64,000 nt of DNA from an uncultured Gammaproteobacteria bacterium (GTDB lineage: Bacteria; Patescibacteriota; Microgenomatia; Daviesbacterales; UBA10151). Location of the stretch: NCBI GenBank assembly GCA_964547465.1, contig CAZJNI010000002.1, positions 6,043 through 70,042 of the forward strand, in the 5' to 3' direction. The notes beneath the pieces were generated by a model. The model ran no database searches. It saw only the letters and a list, made by a program, of their open reading frames with translations, and had not been told where the DNA came from. Both the position numbers and the translations under genes were made by a program. Shown here one piece after another: positions 10,235-19,915 of this stretch. How positions within the stretch are numbered: the stretch's first letter is position 1; each line of letters starts with the position of its first letter.

Positions 10235-10726
10235 ATGTATAAAAAGAAAAGTTTATCTAATTTAATTCTTTTAGTTCTGGAAAAGACGGCTGATGGTTAT
10301 GTGAGATTTGAAGATTTTACCACTCACTATTATAGATACCATTATGGTGCTCCTGAACTTAAAAAGTCTCAATTTTCCTTAACTTTGAAGAGATTAAGGG
10401 AGAATGGGTTAATTGATTTTGTTGATGATAATAAATTAATTCTTAAATTAACCGATAAGGGTAGAACGAAAGCATTGAAATCAAAAATATTATTAGAAGA
10501 TGAAAAATGGGATGGCAAATGGAGAATAGTTATCTGGGATATTCCAGAAAAAAGGAGGACAGTCAGAGATGTCTTGAGAAAACAATTAAAAAGCTGGAGT
10601 TTTACTCAATGGCAAAGAAGTGTATGGGCTACTAAGAAAAATTGCGCGAAGCCTTTAAGAGAATTCATAAATAAAACAGGAATAGACCGTTGGGTTAGGG
10701 TAATTGAATCAGATAATGTTGAATAA
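10235..10726 (+). CDS. PaaX-family-like transcriptional regulator (wHTH N-terminus plus PaaX_C-like C-terminus)
   Basis: C-terminal WDGKWRIVIWDIPEKRRTVRDVLRKQLKSWSFTQWQRSVW matches the PaaX C-terminal domain pattern. Confidence 0.5.
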   Translation: MYKKKSLSNLILLVLEKTADGYVRFEDFTTHYYRYHYGAPELKKSQFSLTLKRLRENGLIDFVDDNKLILKLTDKGRTKALKSKILLEDEKWDGKWRIVIWDIPEKRRTVRDVLRKQLKSWSFTQWQRSVWATKKNCAKPLREFINKTGIDRWVRVIESDNVE

Positions 10727-10782
10727 ATTTCAAAGTATATACGATCGTTATGAGTTTGAAACAATGTTATAATTAGCTTCAT

Positions 10783-11988
10783 ATGAAACAACTTATCAAA
10801 AAAGTTATTTCTCAAAAAATTATAAATATTTTTTATCATTTGCCAAAAGCAGTTTTAGCAAATATTTGGTATGGTTTCCCCACAAGAGGACTTAAGGTTA
10901 TTGGAGTAACCGGAACTGATGGTAAAACAACAACTGTTAATATGATTTATCAGATTTTAAAAGCTGCTGGTAAAAAGGTTTCCATGGTTTCAACTGTAAA
11001 TGCATTTGTAGCAGAAAAATCCTATGATACAGGTTTTCATGTTACCTCACCTGATCCATTCATGGTGCAAAGGTTTGCCAAGCGAGCACTTAATATTGGA
11101 GACGAGTATCTGGTGTTGGAGGTTACCTCGCATGCCCTAGATCAGTATAGATTTTGGGGAATAAAATTTGACGTAGGAATTATTACAAATATTACCCATG
11201 AACATTTGGATTACCATAAAACATTTGAAAATTATTTAAACACAAAGGTAAATTTATTGAAGAATGTAAGATTCGCAATGATTAATCAGAATTTAAGGGA
11301 AAAAATTAAAGAGAAAGTCAGAGGTAAGATTATTACTTTTGGAATAAATTCCGGGGATTTTAATCAAAAAAATGTAAAGTTAAATTTAAAAATACCAGGC
11401 GATTACAATATAGAAAATGCCTTAGCAGCTTTGGCTGTAGCTTTTAGTTTAAATATAGATAAAAAAATTGCCATAAAGAGTCTGGAGAATTTTGAGGGGG
11501 TTAAGGGTAGGATGGAATTTATAAAAAATAAAAAAGGAATTAAAATTGTGATTGATTTTGCCCATACTCCAAATGGTTTAGAGCAAGCTCTAAATTCCCT
11601 GCGTTCCCAAATTCAAAGTGGAAAATTGATTTCCCTGATAGGATGTGAGGGATACAGAGATGTGGGCAAAAGAGAGATGATGGGAGAGGTAGCTCAAAGG
11701 TTATCTGACATAGTAATTGTAACTGCAGTTGACCCAAGAGGACAGCTGGATACTATTAATAGACAGATTACTAAAGGAGCAGAAAAAAAAGGAGCAAAAA
11801 AAGAAATTAATTTTTTTATAATTAATGACCGGGAAAAAGCAATAGACTTGGCCATAAACAGTCTGGCAAAAAGAGGAGACATAGTTGGAATTTTCGGAAA
11901 AGGGCATGAAAATTCCATGAATTTGGATGGAAAAAAGGAAATTCCTTGGTCTGATGTTGAAGTAGTGCAAAAAGATTTGAATGGATAA
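10783..11988 (+). CDS. murE: Mur ligase, MurE-like (short form lacking the N-terminal domain)
   Basis: VIGVTGTDGKTTT P-loop of the Mur ligase central domain. Position after ftsI in the dcw cluster. Confidence 0.65.
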   Translation: MKQLIKKVISQKIINIFYHLPKAVLANIWYGFPTRGLKVIGVTGTDGKTTTVNMIYQILKAAGKKVSMVSTVNAFVAEKSYDTGFHVTSPDPFMVQRFAKRALNIGDEYLVLEVTSHALDQYRFWGIKFDVGIITNITHEHLDYHKTFENYLNTKVNLLKNVRFAMINQNLREKIKEKVRGKIITFGINSGDFNQKNVKLNLKIPGDYNIENALAALAVAFSLNIDKKIAIKSLENFEGVKGRMEFIKNKKGIKIVIDFAHTPNGLEQALNSLRSQIQSGKLISLIGCEGYRDVGKREMMGEVAQRLSDIVIVTAVDPRGQLDTINRQITKGAEKKGAKKEINFFIINDREKAIDLAINSLAKRGDIVGIFGKGHENSMNLDGKKEIPWSDVEVVQKDLNG

Positions 11989-12598
11989 TAAGCAAAGCTT
12001 GCCTTCGCATGGCGAAGGTAAATATAAACTAATTATAGATTCTTTTGGAAAGGAGAGATTTAAGTTTGATGAACCAATCAAAAATTATACTGCTTTTAAC
12101 ATCGGCGGGCCGGCAAAATTATTTTTTATAGCCTTCACAATACAAGAATTAATTAAAATTATATCTCAGTGCCGGGATTTAAACCTTCCTTATTTTTTAT
12201 TTGGTACTGGTAGCAAAATTATGATTTCAGATCAGGGATTTGATGGATTGGTAATAAAAAATAGGACTAAAAATATTCAAACAATTTCTGTTAAAGGTAA
12301 GGTGTCAAGACTGGGCATAGGGGTAGAGGAAGCATTAATAGAGGTAGAATCAGGGGTTAGTATGAATAAGTTAGCTGAAGATCTGGATACACAGAACCTT
12401 TTGTCTGATGGGCTTAAAGGCATATCCGGAAGCATAGGTGGGAATCTGTTTATTAGTGCATTTTTGCAAAATATGGCCAAAAGTATTAAAGTATTGGATC
12501 AAGACTCAAAAGTTGAGGAGATAGAACCTGGAACTTTAAGTCCTAAAAGGCATATAATTTTATCAGCAGTTTTTAAGGTTAAGGCAAAAAATTTATGA
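11981..12598 (+). CDS. murB: MurB-like UDP-N-acetylenolpyruvoylglucosamine reductase, short form (205 aa)
   Basis: FNIGGPAKLF..ELIKIISQCRDLNLPYFLFGTGSKIMISDQGFDGLVIKN resembles the MurB FAD-binding N-terminus. Protein is about 100 aa shorter than typical MurB. Confidence 0.45.
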   Translation: MDNKQSLPSHGEGKYKLIIDSFGKERFKFDEPIKNYTAFNIGGPAKLFFIAFTIQELIKIISQCRDLNLPYFLFGTGSKIMISDQGFDGLVIKNRTKNIQTISVKGKVSRLGIGVEEALIEVESGVSMNKLAEDLDTQNLLSDGLKGISGSIGGNLFISAFLQNMAKSIKVLDQDSKVEEIEPGTLSPKRHIILSAVFKVKAKNL

Positions 12599-12681
12599 AA
12601 TACGAAATTATTGGTGGAAAAAGACTATCTGGAGATATCATGGTCTCCGGAAATGAGCACAGCTCTTTCCTAGATTGTTAA
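12595..12681 (+). pseudogene. Duplicated 5' fragment of murA forming a 28-codon ORF (MKYEIIGGKRLSGDIMVSGNEHSSFLDC); its ATG overlaps the murB-like stop (ATGA)
   Basis: About 80% nt identity to the first ~66 nt of murA at 12692 (MKYQIIGGKKLSGEIMVSGNKNS). Seen directly in sequence. Confidence 0.5.
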
Positions 12682-12691
12682 TGGAGTAAGT

Positions 12692-13948
12692 ATGAAATAC
12701 CAAATTATTGGGGGTAAAAAGTTGTCAGGAGAAATCATGGTGTCCGGAAATAAAAACTCAATATTTCCAGCTATTGCTGCAGCTTTATTAACCAAAGATG
12801 AAGTTGTTTTAGAAAATATTTCTAAAATAAGTGATGTTGAAGTACTGGTGGAGATTTTAAAAAAATTAGGTGCTGATATAAAGAGAGAAGATTCAACTAT
12901 TATTATAAAGGCTGAAAATATTAAGATCAGCAGTTTATCTCAAAATTTGATGAGCAAGCTGCGAGGCTCGATTGTGCTAGTTGGGGCGATTTTGGCAAGA
13001 TTAGGCAAGGTTAATTTCTATCATCCTGGAGGAGATATTATTGGTCAAAGGAATATTAGCTCTCACCTGGAAGGATTTAAAAAACTTGGTGCAACTTTAA
13101 AAAAATCAGATTTGAAATTTTCGCTGCAGCTTTCAGATGATATTAAGGAAAATTGTACAATTTTTTTACGGGAGTCTTCTGTAACTGCTGCTGAAAACTT
13201 AATATTAGCGTCAGCTTTGGGTAAAAGAAAAGTAACTTTAAAAAATTGTCCGGTTGAACCTCACATTCAGGATCTTTGCAAACTACTTCTTCAAATGGGT
13301 GCAAAAATTAAGGGGATTGGATCTCACAGTCTTGAAATTGAGGGAGTGAGTGAGCTTTATGGAACCCACTTTAAAATAGGAATAGATTATATTGAAGTGG
13401 GTACATATGCAGTAGCAGCAGCAATAACAGGAGGTAAGATTAATATAAAAGGAGTTGATGAGACAGATTTGGATCCCATATTTGAACCTTTATCGAAATT
13501 CGGAATAAAGGTAGAAAAAAAAGAGGACGGAGTAATCGTTTGGACAGAAAAATTAAAATCTGTTCCAAAAATTATTACAAATATTTGGCCGGGTTTCCCG
13601 ACAGATTTAATGAGTGTTGTTATAGTGTTGGCAACACAGAGTAAAGGTGTAACGCTTTGTCATGATTGGATGTATGAATCCAGGATGTTTTTTGTTGATA
13701 AGTTAATTTCAATGGGAGCAAAAATTACTCTTGCTGATCCGCATCGTAGTTTGGTCTACGGACCTGCTAAACTTCATGGAAGGTCATTGGAAACCCCGGA
13801 TATCAGAGCAGGCATGGCGTTGGTTTTAGCAAGCTTGGTTGCTAGGGGTAAAAGTACTATCAATCAGGCAGAATTAATTGAAAGGGGTTACGAGGATGTT
13901 GTAGGGAAGCTAAAAAGTATCGGGGCAGATATAAGAAAAGAGACATAG
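12692..13948 (+). CDS. murA: UDP-N-acetylglucosamine 1-carboxyvinyltransferase MurA
   Basis: EPSP-synthase fold MurA N-terminus MKYQIIGGKKLSGEIMVSGNKNS. 418 aa. Confidence 0.9.
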   Translation: MKYQIIGGKKLSGEIMVSGNKNSIFPAIAAALLTKDEVVLENISKISDVEVLVEILKKLGADIKREDSTIIIKAENIKISSLSQNLMSKLRGSIVLVGAILARLGKVNFYHPGGDIIGQRNISSHLEGFKKLGATLKKSDLKFSLQLSDDIKENCTIFLRESSVTAAENLILASALGKRKVTLKNCPVEPHIQDLCKLLLQMGAKIKGIGSHSLEIEGVSELYGTHFKIGIDYIEVGTYAVAAAITGGKINIKGVDETDLDPIFEPLSKFGIKVEKKEDGVIVWTEKLKSVPKIITNIWPGFPTDLMSVVIVLATQSKGVTLCHDWMYESRMFFVDKLISMGAKITLADPHRSLVYGPAKLHGRSLETPDIRAGMALVLASLVARGKSTINQAELIERGYEDVVGKLKSIGADIRKET

Positions 13949-13963
13949 TGATATAATCATTTT

Positions 13964-15130
13964 GTGAATATTGAGCCGAATCTATCTGATACATCCAAAC
14001 ATAATAATAGACAGTTGCAACTTAAAAAGCCAACCTTTCTGCTTAAATATCACCTTTGCCGCCAATACGTTAAATTATATCCACAGGAAATGTTTATTGG
14101 TATCTGTGGATCATTAGGAAAAACTACAACTGTTGGATTGACTACAGCTGTTTTATCTCAAAAATTTAAAATATTAACCACTAAATCAAATAAAGATCAC
14201 GCGCTGGAAGTTCTTTCTACAATATTAAAAATAAATCCATCCTATAAGAAAATAATTTTGGAGTTAGGTATAAATATGGAAGGGGAGATGGATTTTTATA
14301 ACTCTATAATTTTGCCCAAAGTTGTAATAGTCACAAGAATTACCAATGATCAGGTTTTTAAAGAAACAACTAAACTTTTATCTGCACTTTCAAAAGACGC
14401 AGTCGCGATCTTGGACTTTGATGATATTAATAGTAAGAAACTTTCTCAATCAACTGAAGCTAGCGTGATTTATTATGGTTCGGATGCAAAAAATTGTACT
14501 GTTTGGGCAGGAAATATTCGGATTGAAAATTTTAAGACTACCTTTGAGCTAAATCTTGGAGTTGAGAGAGTAAAAGTAGAATTGGCTATGTTGGGTATAC
14601 ACCTAATTTATCCGGCATTGGCAGCAGCTGCTTTAGGGGTTGTTTATAATATTCCTTTAACAAAAATAAAAATTGCGCTGGAATCTGTTGAAGTACAAGA
14701 ACATAAACTACAACTGCTTTTTGGACCCAATAATTCTTTTATTTTAGATGACACATATGGTTCATCTCCGACTGAAATAGAGGCGGCGATTGATACTTTG
14801 ATACAAATTCCATCAAGAAGAAAGATATTAATTCTGGGGGACATGAATAATCCTATCGGGTATACCCCCAGTGATTACAGGAAAATAGCGGAGAAAATTT
14901 ACAAGGAGAAATTAGATTTTGTCTTTTTAGGACAGGGATTTATAAAGCAGGTTTCAGATGAGTTGAAGGATTTGGGTTTTTGGGAAGAAAGAATGGGAGA
15001 CAATTTAGCAAATTCTCAACTCGTTTCGAAGCTTTTAAAAACCCTGGGTAGGGGTGATGTTTGTTTGATTAAAGGATCTAAAGCAGTCAGATTGGATGAA
15101 GTAGTCAAAAGAATCGCAAAAAATAAATGA
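13964..15130 (+). CDS. murF: Mur ligase family, MurF-like (UDP-MurNAc-pentapeptide synthetase)
   Basis: GICGSLGKTTT P-loop. Lies immediately upstream of mraY, as murF does in canonical dcw clusters. The Met at 14092 may be the true start. Confidence 0.65.
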   Translation: MNIEPNLSDTSKHNNRQLQLKKPTFLLKYHLCRQYVKLYPQEMFIGICGSLGKTTTVGLTTAVLSQKFKILTTKSNKDHALEVLSTILKINPSYKKIILELGINMEGEMDFYNSIILPKVVIVTRITNDQVFKETTKLLSALSKDAVAILDFDDINSKKLSQSTEASVIYYGSDAKNCTVWAGNIRIENFKTTFELNLGVERVKVELAMLGIHLIYPALAAAALGVVYNIPLTKIKIALESVEVQEHKLQLLFGPNNSFILDDTYGSSPTEIEAAIDTLIQIPSRRKILILGDMNNPIGYTPSDYRKIAEKIYKEKLDFVFLGQGFIKQVSDELKDLGFWEERMGDNLANSQLVSKLLKTLGRGDVCLIKGSKAVRLDEVVKRIAKNK

Positions 15131-16134
15131 GTCAACTTCTGGGTTTAGTATTATTATCGTTTGTTTCAACCAGTATTTTTATGGTGCCTTTTATAGATTT
15201 TCTCTATTTTTTAAAAAGAAGGTTTGAAAGAAAAGAAAAAATTGTAAAAAGTTATGAAACTCCGATTCATGATAAATTGATGAAACAAGACGAATTAACT
15301 CCTTCAGGAGGAGGAATACTTTTAATTTTAGTTATGATAATTCTAAGTATTAGCTACACACTATTTAGTCCAATTGTGGATAGAATAAGTTTAAAAATTC
15401 TTCTTTTAACTCTGATATCTTTTGGGTCACTGGGATTGCTGGATGATATTAAACTTATTATTACCAGAAGAGAAGGTAAGTTTTTAGGATTGGGTAGAAA
15501 GAGAATGCTTTTTGTGCAACTAATTCTTGCACTGCTTATTTCCTCTTTACTTTACTTTATGGCCGGATTAAATAATCTTTATATTTCAGGACTTGGTAAT
15601 TTTGTTATTGGTTTTTGGTATATTCCGCTGGCTGCATTTGTGATAGTTTCATTTGCCAATGCCTATAATATCTCTGATGGTCTTGATGGCTTATCTGCAG
15701 GACTTCTACTGATTTGTTTATTTGCTTTTTTGGCATTGGCCTCGACCTCTTTGGATTTAACTCTGGCATCCTTTATTGGGATTTGGATAGGTGCACTTTT
15801 TGCATATCTTTATTTTAATGTATGGCCGGCCAGGATTTTTTTGGGAGACGGGGGGGCTTTTGGGTTTGGGGCAACTCTGGCAGTTGTTGGCCTTTTGACA
15901 GGAAAAATTTTGGCACTGGCGATAATTGGTGGGATGTTTGTAATTATTGTTGCCTCATCCTTTATTCAGATAATGTCAAAAAAATTTACAGGCAAAAAAG
16001 TCTTACCGGTTGCACCTATCCATATGTATTTTAAATATATTGGCTGGCAGGAACCAAAAATAGTAACCAGATTTTGGTTGGCCCAAGGATTATTTGCTAT
16101 TTTGGGACTTTGGATAGCCCTACTATCTAAATAA
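15127..16134 (+). CDS. mraY: Phospho-N-acetylmuramoyl-pentapeptide transferase MraY
   Basis: NAYNISDGLDGLSAGL and multi-TM topology. Confidence 0.9.
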   Translation: MSQLLGLVLLSFVSTSIFMVPFIDFLYFLKRRFERKEKIVKSYETPIHDKLMKQDELTPSGGGILLILVMIILSISYTLFSPIVDRISLKILLLTLISFGSLGLLDDIKLIITRREGKFLGLGRKRMLFVQLILALLISSLLYFMAGLNNLYISGLGNFVIGFWYIPLAAFVIVSFANAYNISDGLDGLSAGLLLICLFAFLALASTSLDLTLASFIGIWIGALFAYLYFNVWPARIFLGDGGAFGFGATLAVVGLLTGKILALAIIGGMFVIIVASSFIQIMSKKFTGKKVLPVAPIHMYFKYIGWQEPKIVTRFWLAQGLFAILGLWIALLSK

Positions 16135-17231
16135 TGAATCAATTAAGAGTAAGCTTGCAATTACAAAAGAGACAATTTGATCTGATACTTATTTCTGTAG
16201 TTGGAATTTTAGTCATATTTGGTCTTGTAATGGTATATGATGCTTCAGCAATTCAGGGGTTGCGGGATTTTAAGGACAGCTATTATTACATAAGACAGCA
16301 GTTAATTTGGGTCGTGTTAGGGTTATTTTCTCTTTTTTTCTTCTCTTTTTTTAAATACACCAAATTTAAAAAAATAGCCTTTCCTTTACTTTTAATTTCA
16401 CTTGGGCTTCTAGTGGCAGTTTTCATTCCAGGCCTCGGGATTTCTGGAGGAGGAGCACATAGATGGTTAAAGTTGGGTCCTGGAACTATTCAGCCAGCTG
16501 AAATAATAAAACTTACCGGAGTAATTTTTCTCTCTGCCATATTTGAGAAAAGAACCAGGATATTACCATTTTTAATTCTCTTGGGAATCGTTACGCTAAC
16601 TACAGCTGTTCTACAGAAAGATTTAGGTTCAACTATAGTCTTTGTGTTAACATCTTTAATTATATATTTCGGAAGCGGTGGCGCAATTTGGCATCTCCTT
16701 GCAATTTTACCAATAGGAGTTGTTGGGTTTTTAGGGTTAGTTCTTACTTCAAGTTATAGAAGCAAAAGAATCTTAGCTTTCTTAGATCCATTTTCTGATA
16801 CTCAAGGTTTCACTTATCATATCTCACAGGTTTTAATTGCTTTGGGATCTGGAGGTTTTCTAGGGTTAGGTTTAGGTCATTCCAGACAAAAATTTGAATA
16901 TATTCCAGAGGTGACAACTGATTCCATTTTTGGAATAGTGGGAGAGGAGTTAGGTTTTCTTGGGTCTATATTTTTAATTACCCTATTTGTAATTTTAATT
17001 TTAAGAGGACTTAGGATTTCCAAAGAATGTCCAGACAGGTTCGGTAAAATTCTCTCATTAGGTTTGACAACCTGGTTAGGCTTACAAGCGGCAATTAATC
17101 TTTCATCAATGATTGCTCTGCTGCCTTTAACTGGGGTACCTCTTCCCTTTATCTCATATGGAGGTTCAGCACTTTTGGTAAATCTGACTGCTGTTGGAAT
17201 ATTAATTAACATTTCCAAGCAATCTGCCTGA
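16134..17231 (+). CDS. ftsW: SEDS-family peptidoglycan glycosyltransferase FtsW
   Basis: Ten-TM SEDS pattern with a conserved end (PLPFISYGGSALL). Position between mraY and murG. Confidence 0.8.
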   Translation: MNQLRVSLQLQKRQFDLILISVVGILVIFGLVMVYDASAIQGLRDFKDSYYYIRQQLIWVVLGLFSLFFFSFFKYTKFKKIAFPLLLISLGLLVAVFIPGLGISGGGAHRWLKLGPGTIQPAEIIKLTGVIFLSAIFEKRTRILPFLILLGIVTLTTAVLQKDLGSTIVFVLTSLIIYFGSGGAIWHLLAILPIGVVGFLGLVLTSSYRSKRILAFLDPFSDTQGFTYHISQVLIALGSGGFLGLGLGHSRQKFEYIPEVTTDSIFGIVGEELGFLGSIFLITLFVILILRGLRISKECPDRFGKILSLGLTTWLGLQAAINLSSMIALLPLTGVPLPFISYGGSALLVNLTAVGILINISKQSA

Positions 17232-17252
17232 TTTTTTGAGTATAATCAAAAT

Positions 17253-17987
17253 ATGAAGATATTTTTGACGGGACATAAGGGTTATTTGGGAAGTGAATTC
17301 GTAAAACGTTATGGTAATAAGTATGAAATAGTAGGTTATGATCGTAAGGAAGGTGATGAACTGCTAGATTATGATAATCTGAAAAAGAAAATAAAAGGCT
17401 GTCAGCAAGTTGTTCATCTGGCTGCTATCCCTAAGCCTATGGAAGGTAAAGTATTTGAAGAATACTTTGATAATAATGTTAGGACCGTATTAAATATTGT
17501 AAAAGCTGCTGTTGAAAGTAATCTTAAAAGGATAATTTATGCAAGTTCGACAACTATATATGGAATAGAGAAAGGTATCCCATTTAAAATTCCTATCAAC
17601 GAAGACCAACTTTTTGTATCCCAGTATATTTCGGTAGATCAATTAACGTGTCGGGATGTTGACCTTTCTTATCATATTAGTAAAGTAATGGCAGAACAAA
17701 TTATGGCCTGGTATGGTTTAAATAAGAAGATTCAAACCATAGCTTTACGCTTTGGTCCTATTAATAAAGTATTTTTAGGAACGAGTGTTAGCATTAATAA
17801 TGCAACTCAAGCTATAAAATTAGCAATAGATTATACTGGTGAACTTTGGTATGAACCGTTTAGTATTGTGGATGAGCTTCTGCACATTAGCATAAGGAAA
17901 GCCAGAGACATCTTAGGATATAGCCCGAAAAAAACTAATTATACTCCTGAGCAAATTCATTCAACTCTGGAAGAGAGAACAAGGTAA
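17253..17987 (+). CDS. NAD-dependent epimerase/dehydratase family protein (short)
   Basis: N-terminal GHKGYLGSEF (GxxGxxG) Rossmann motif. YxxxK (YHISK). 244 aa. Confidence 0.6.
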   Translation: MKIFLTGHKGYLGSEFVKRYGNKYEIVGYDRKEGDELLDYDNLKKKIKGCQQVVHLAAIPKPMEGKVFEEYFDNNVRTVLNIVKAAVESNLKRIIYASSTTIYGIEKGIPFKIPINEDQLFVSQYISVDQLTCRDVDLSYHISKVMAEQIMAWYGLNKKIQTIALRFGPINKVFLGTSVSINNATQAIKLAIDYTGELWYEPFSIVDELLHISIRKARDILGYSPKKTNYTPEQIHSTLEERTR

Positions 17988-18003
17988 GTTGGGGGATAAA
18001 CCA

Positions 18004-18754
18004 GTAAGGTCAGACCTTACGAATCTAATCTTCCAATATTTTATTTTCTATCACTGAAAAATCATCATTTTCTTCTACGAATGCTTTATATGTAAGTTTA
18101 GGATTAGTTTTAGAAAAATTACTTAAAACCTCTTCTGGATGAACCCACTGCGTTTTTCTTTTGCCTAAATACTCATAATATGAGCATGGTTGAGTTTGCA
18201 AGGAGTCTCCTTGCAAAGCTAGTGCTTGTTTATGTATATAGCGGGACAGATGAAGAAATTGATTTTCATGGGTTACTAAAACTGCTTTGTATACATCTTG
18301 AAATAATGAACCTACTCTTTTGTATTTACGGTTAAAATACATGGTATACCTTGTGCATAATGATCTCATAAATTTATTAATTGTTTGGGCTGATTTTTGT
18401 TTAATAAAGAAATGAAAGTGATTAGGCATTAAACAATAGGCAATTAAAGATACTTCATCAGCAAAATTATTTAATCGAAGTATTTTTAGTATTTTATCCT
18501 TTTCTCTGTAAGAAACATTTGGATCTCCAAGTCTTTTTCTTAAAGTTTCCTCATCTTTAGGTAATAAATATTCTCTTAAATAGCCTAGTAATACTCCATA
18601 ATCTTGTTCATCTAGAAAAATTGTCCTCTTCTCAACTCCACGATTGTATAAGTGGTAATAACTATTATCCACATATAGCTTCAGAGAATTACGTGCCGGC
18701 ATAGTTTCAGTTTACCAGACTTTCGTTAAGCACACAAGGAGTCTCCTGGTGTGC
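18004..18754. mobile_element. IS200/RayT-like unit: Y1 HUH transposase gene bracketed by near-perfect palindromes (18004-18020 GTAAGGTCaGACCTTAC; 18730-18754 GCACACAAGGAgtcTCCTGGTGTGC), inserted between dcw genes
   Basis: Palindromes seen directly. An internal copy of the AAGGAGTCTCCTTG motif is at 18198-18214. REP-associated tyrosine transposases are known to be flanked by palindromic REPs. Confidence 0.4.
18025..18702 (-). CDS. IS200/IS605-family Y1 (HUH) transposase, REP-associated RayT-like
   Basis: HUH motif MPNHFHFFI and a catalytic Tyr region (RYTMYFNRKYKRVGSLFQ). N-terminal YHLYNRGVEKRTIFLDEQDY is typical of COG1943. Confidence 0.75.
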   Translation of the reverse strand: MPARNSLKLYVDNSYYHLYNRGVEKRTIFLDEQDYGVLLGYLREYLLPKDEETLRKRLGDPNVSYREKDKILKILRLNNFADEVSLIAYCLMPNHFHFFIKQKSAQTINKFMRSLCTRYTMYFNRKYKRVGSLFQDVYKAVLVTHENQFLHLSRYIHKQALALQGDSLQTQPCSYYEYLGKRKTQWVHPEEVLSNFSKTNPKLTYKAFVEENDDFSVIENKILED

Positions 18755-18796
18755 CTGTGGTTGAATCAGGTTCAGGTATAACGTATTATTACCTAT

Positions 18797-19912
18797 ATGA
18801 AGATTTTAATTACCGGGGCTCATTTTACACCTGCTGTAGCAGTTATTGAGCAGTTAAAAAAGAATTATCAGGCAGAGATTGTCTATGTTGGAAGAAAAAC
18901 TACTTTGGAAGGAGATAATACCCCTTCTCAAGAATCTCAAGTACTTCCAAAAATGGGAATAAAGTTTATTACAATTACAACCGGAAGGTTGCAGAGAGAA
19001 TTTACCATTTATACAATTCCTTCACTTCTTAAAATTCCAATAGGATTAATCCAATCACTATTTATTATTTTATTTGAAAAACCCAATGTAATATTGTCTT
19101 TTGGCGGGTATGTAGCTTTGCCGACAGTCTTTATAGGATGGCTTTTTTCAATACCTATTATTGTTCATGAGCAGACATTAGTATCCGGACTTGCCAATCA
19201 AATAAGTGCTCTATTGGCAGATAAAATTGCTTTGTCTTTTGATAAAGGCTATCAGATTAACAATACAAAAACTGTTCTAACTGGAAACCCAATCAGGGAG
19301 GAAATCAAGTCCCCTCAAAAATTTTCATTAGGCTCTGATTATAGGAAAATATTTGATTTAGCTAAAAAGAGTAATTCCCCTGTAATATTAGTTATTGGAG
19401 GTAATCAAGGTTCCCATACTATTAATTTAGTAATTGAGAACTCGTTGTCTAAATTATTAAAAATAGGGTACGTAATCCATCAAACAGGGGACACAAAATT
19501 TAGCGATTTTGAAAGATTAGAGGAAAAACAGAATGAGAAATATTTAGTGAAAAAGTGGATTGATAAGGATATAGGAATTGTTTTATCAGGTGTTGATTTT
19601 GTAATTTCAAGGGCTGGTGCAAATACTTTGGTAGAACTTGCATATTTAGGGAAACCAGTATTAACAATTCCATTCGAGCCGCTCTATAATGATGAACAGA
19701 ACAAAAACGCAAAGTATTTTGAAGATTTAGGCTTAGCGAGAATTCTACCTCAAGTTAGATTATCCTCTAAAAGTTTGTTGGAAAATATAAAAATTATGCT
19801 TAAGGATTTAGATAATCTAAAAGAAAAAGCCAGAAAAATTAGAGAAACTATAAATACAGATGCAGCAAATAGATTAGCTTTGGAGACAACGCTTTTGGGT
19901 AAAAGAAATTAG
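18797..19912 (+). CDS. murG: Undecaprenyldiphospho-muramoylpentapeptide beta-N-acetylglucosaminyltransferase MurG
   Basis: MKILITGAHFTPAVAV N-terminus and a GT28 C-terminal region (VISRAGANTLVELAYLGKP). Confidence 0.85.
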   Translation: MKILITGAHFTPAVAVIEQLKKNYQAEIVYVGRKTTLEGDNTPSQESQVLPKMGIKFITITTGRLQREFTIYTIPSLLKIPIGLIQSLFIILFEKPNVILSFGGYVALPTVFIGWLFSIPIIVHEQTLVSGLANQISALLADKIALSFDKGYQINNTKTVLTGNPIREEIKSPQKFSLGSDYRKIFDLAKKSNSPVILVIGGNQGSHTINLVIENSLSKLLKIGYVIHQTGDTKFSDFERLEEKQNEKYLVKKWIDKDIGIVLSGVDFVISRAGANTLVELAYLGKPVLTIPFEPLYNDEQNKNAKYFEDLGLARILPQVRLSSKSLLENIKIMLKDLDNLKEKARKIRETINTDAANRLALETTLLGKRN

Positions 19913-19915
19913 AAT

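Noticed and set aside
10235-10726. Cas2-like reading of the IVIWDIPE...RR motif
   Set aside because: The protein has an N-terminal winged-helix domain and matches the PaaX C-terminal pattern. No CRISPR repeats or cas genes are nearby.
15822-16034. ORF 15822..16034 (+)
   Set aside because: Lies inside mraY in another frame.
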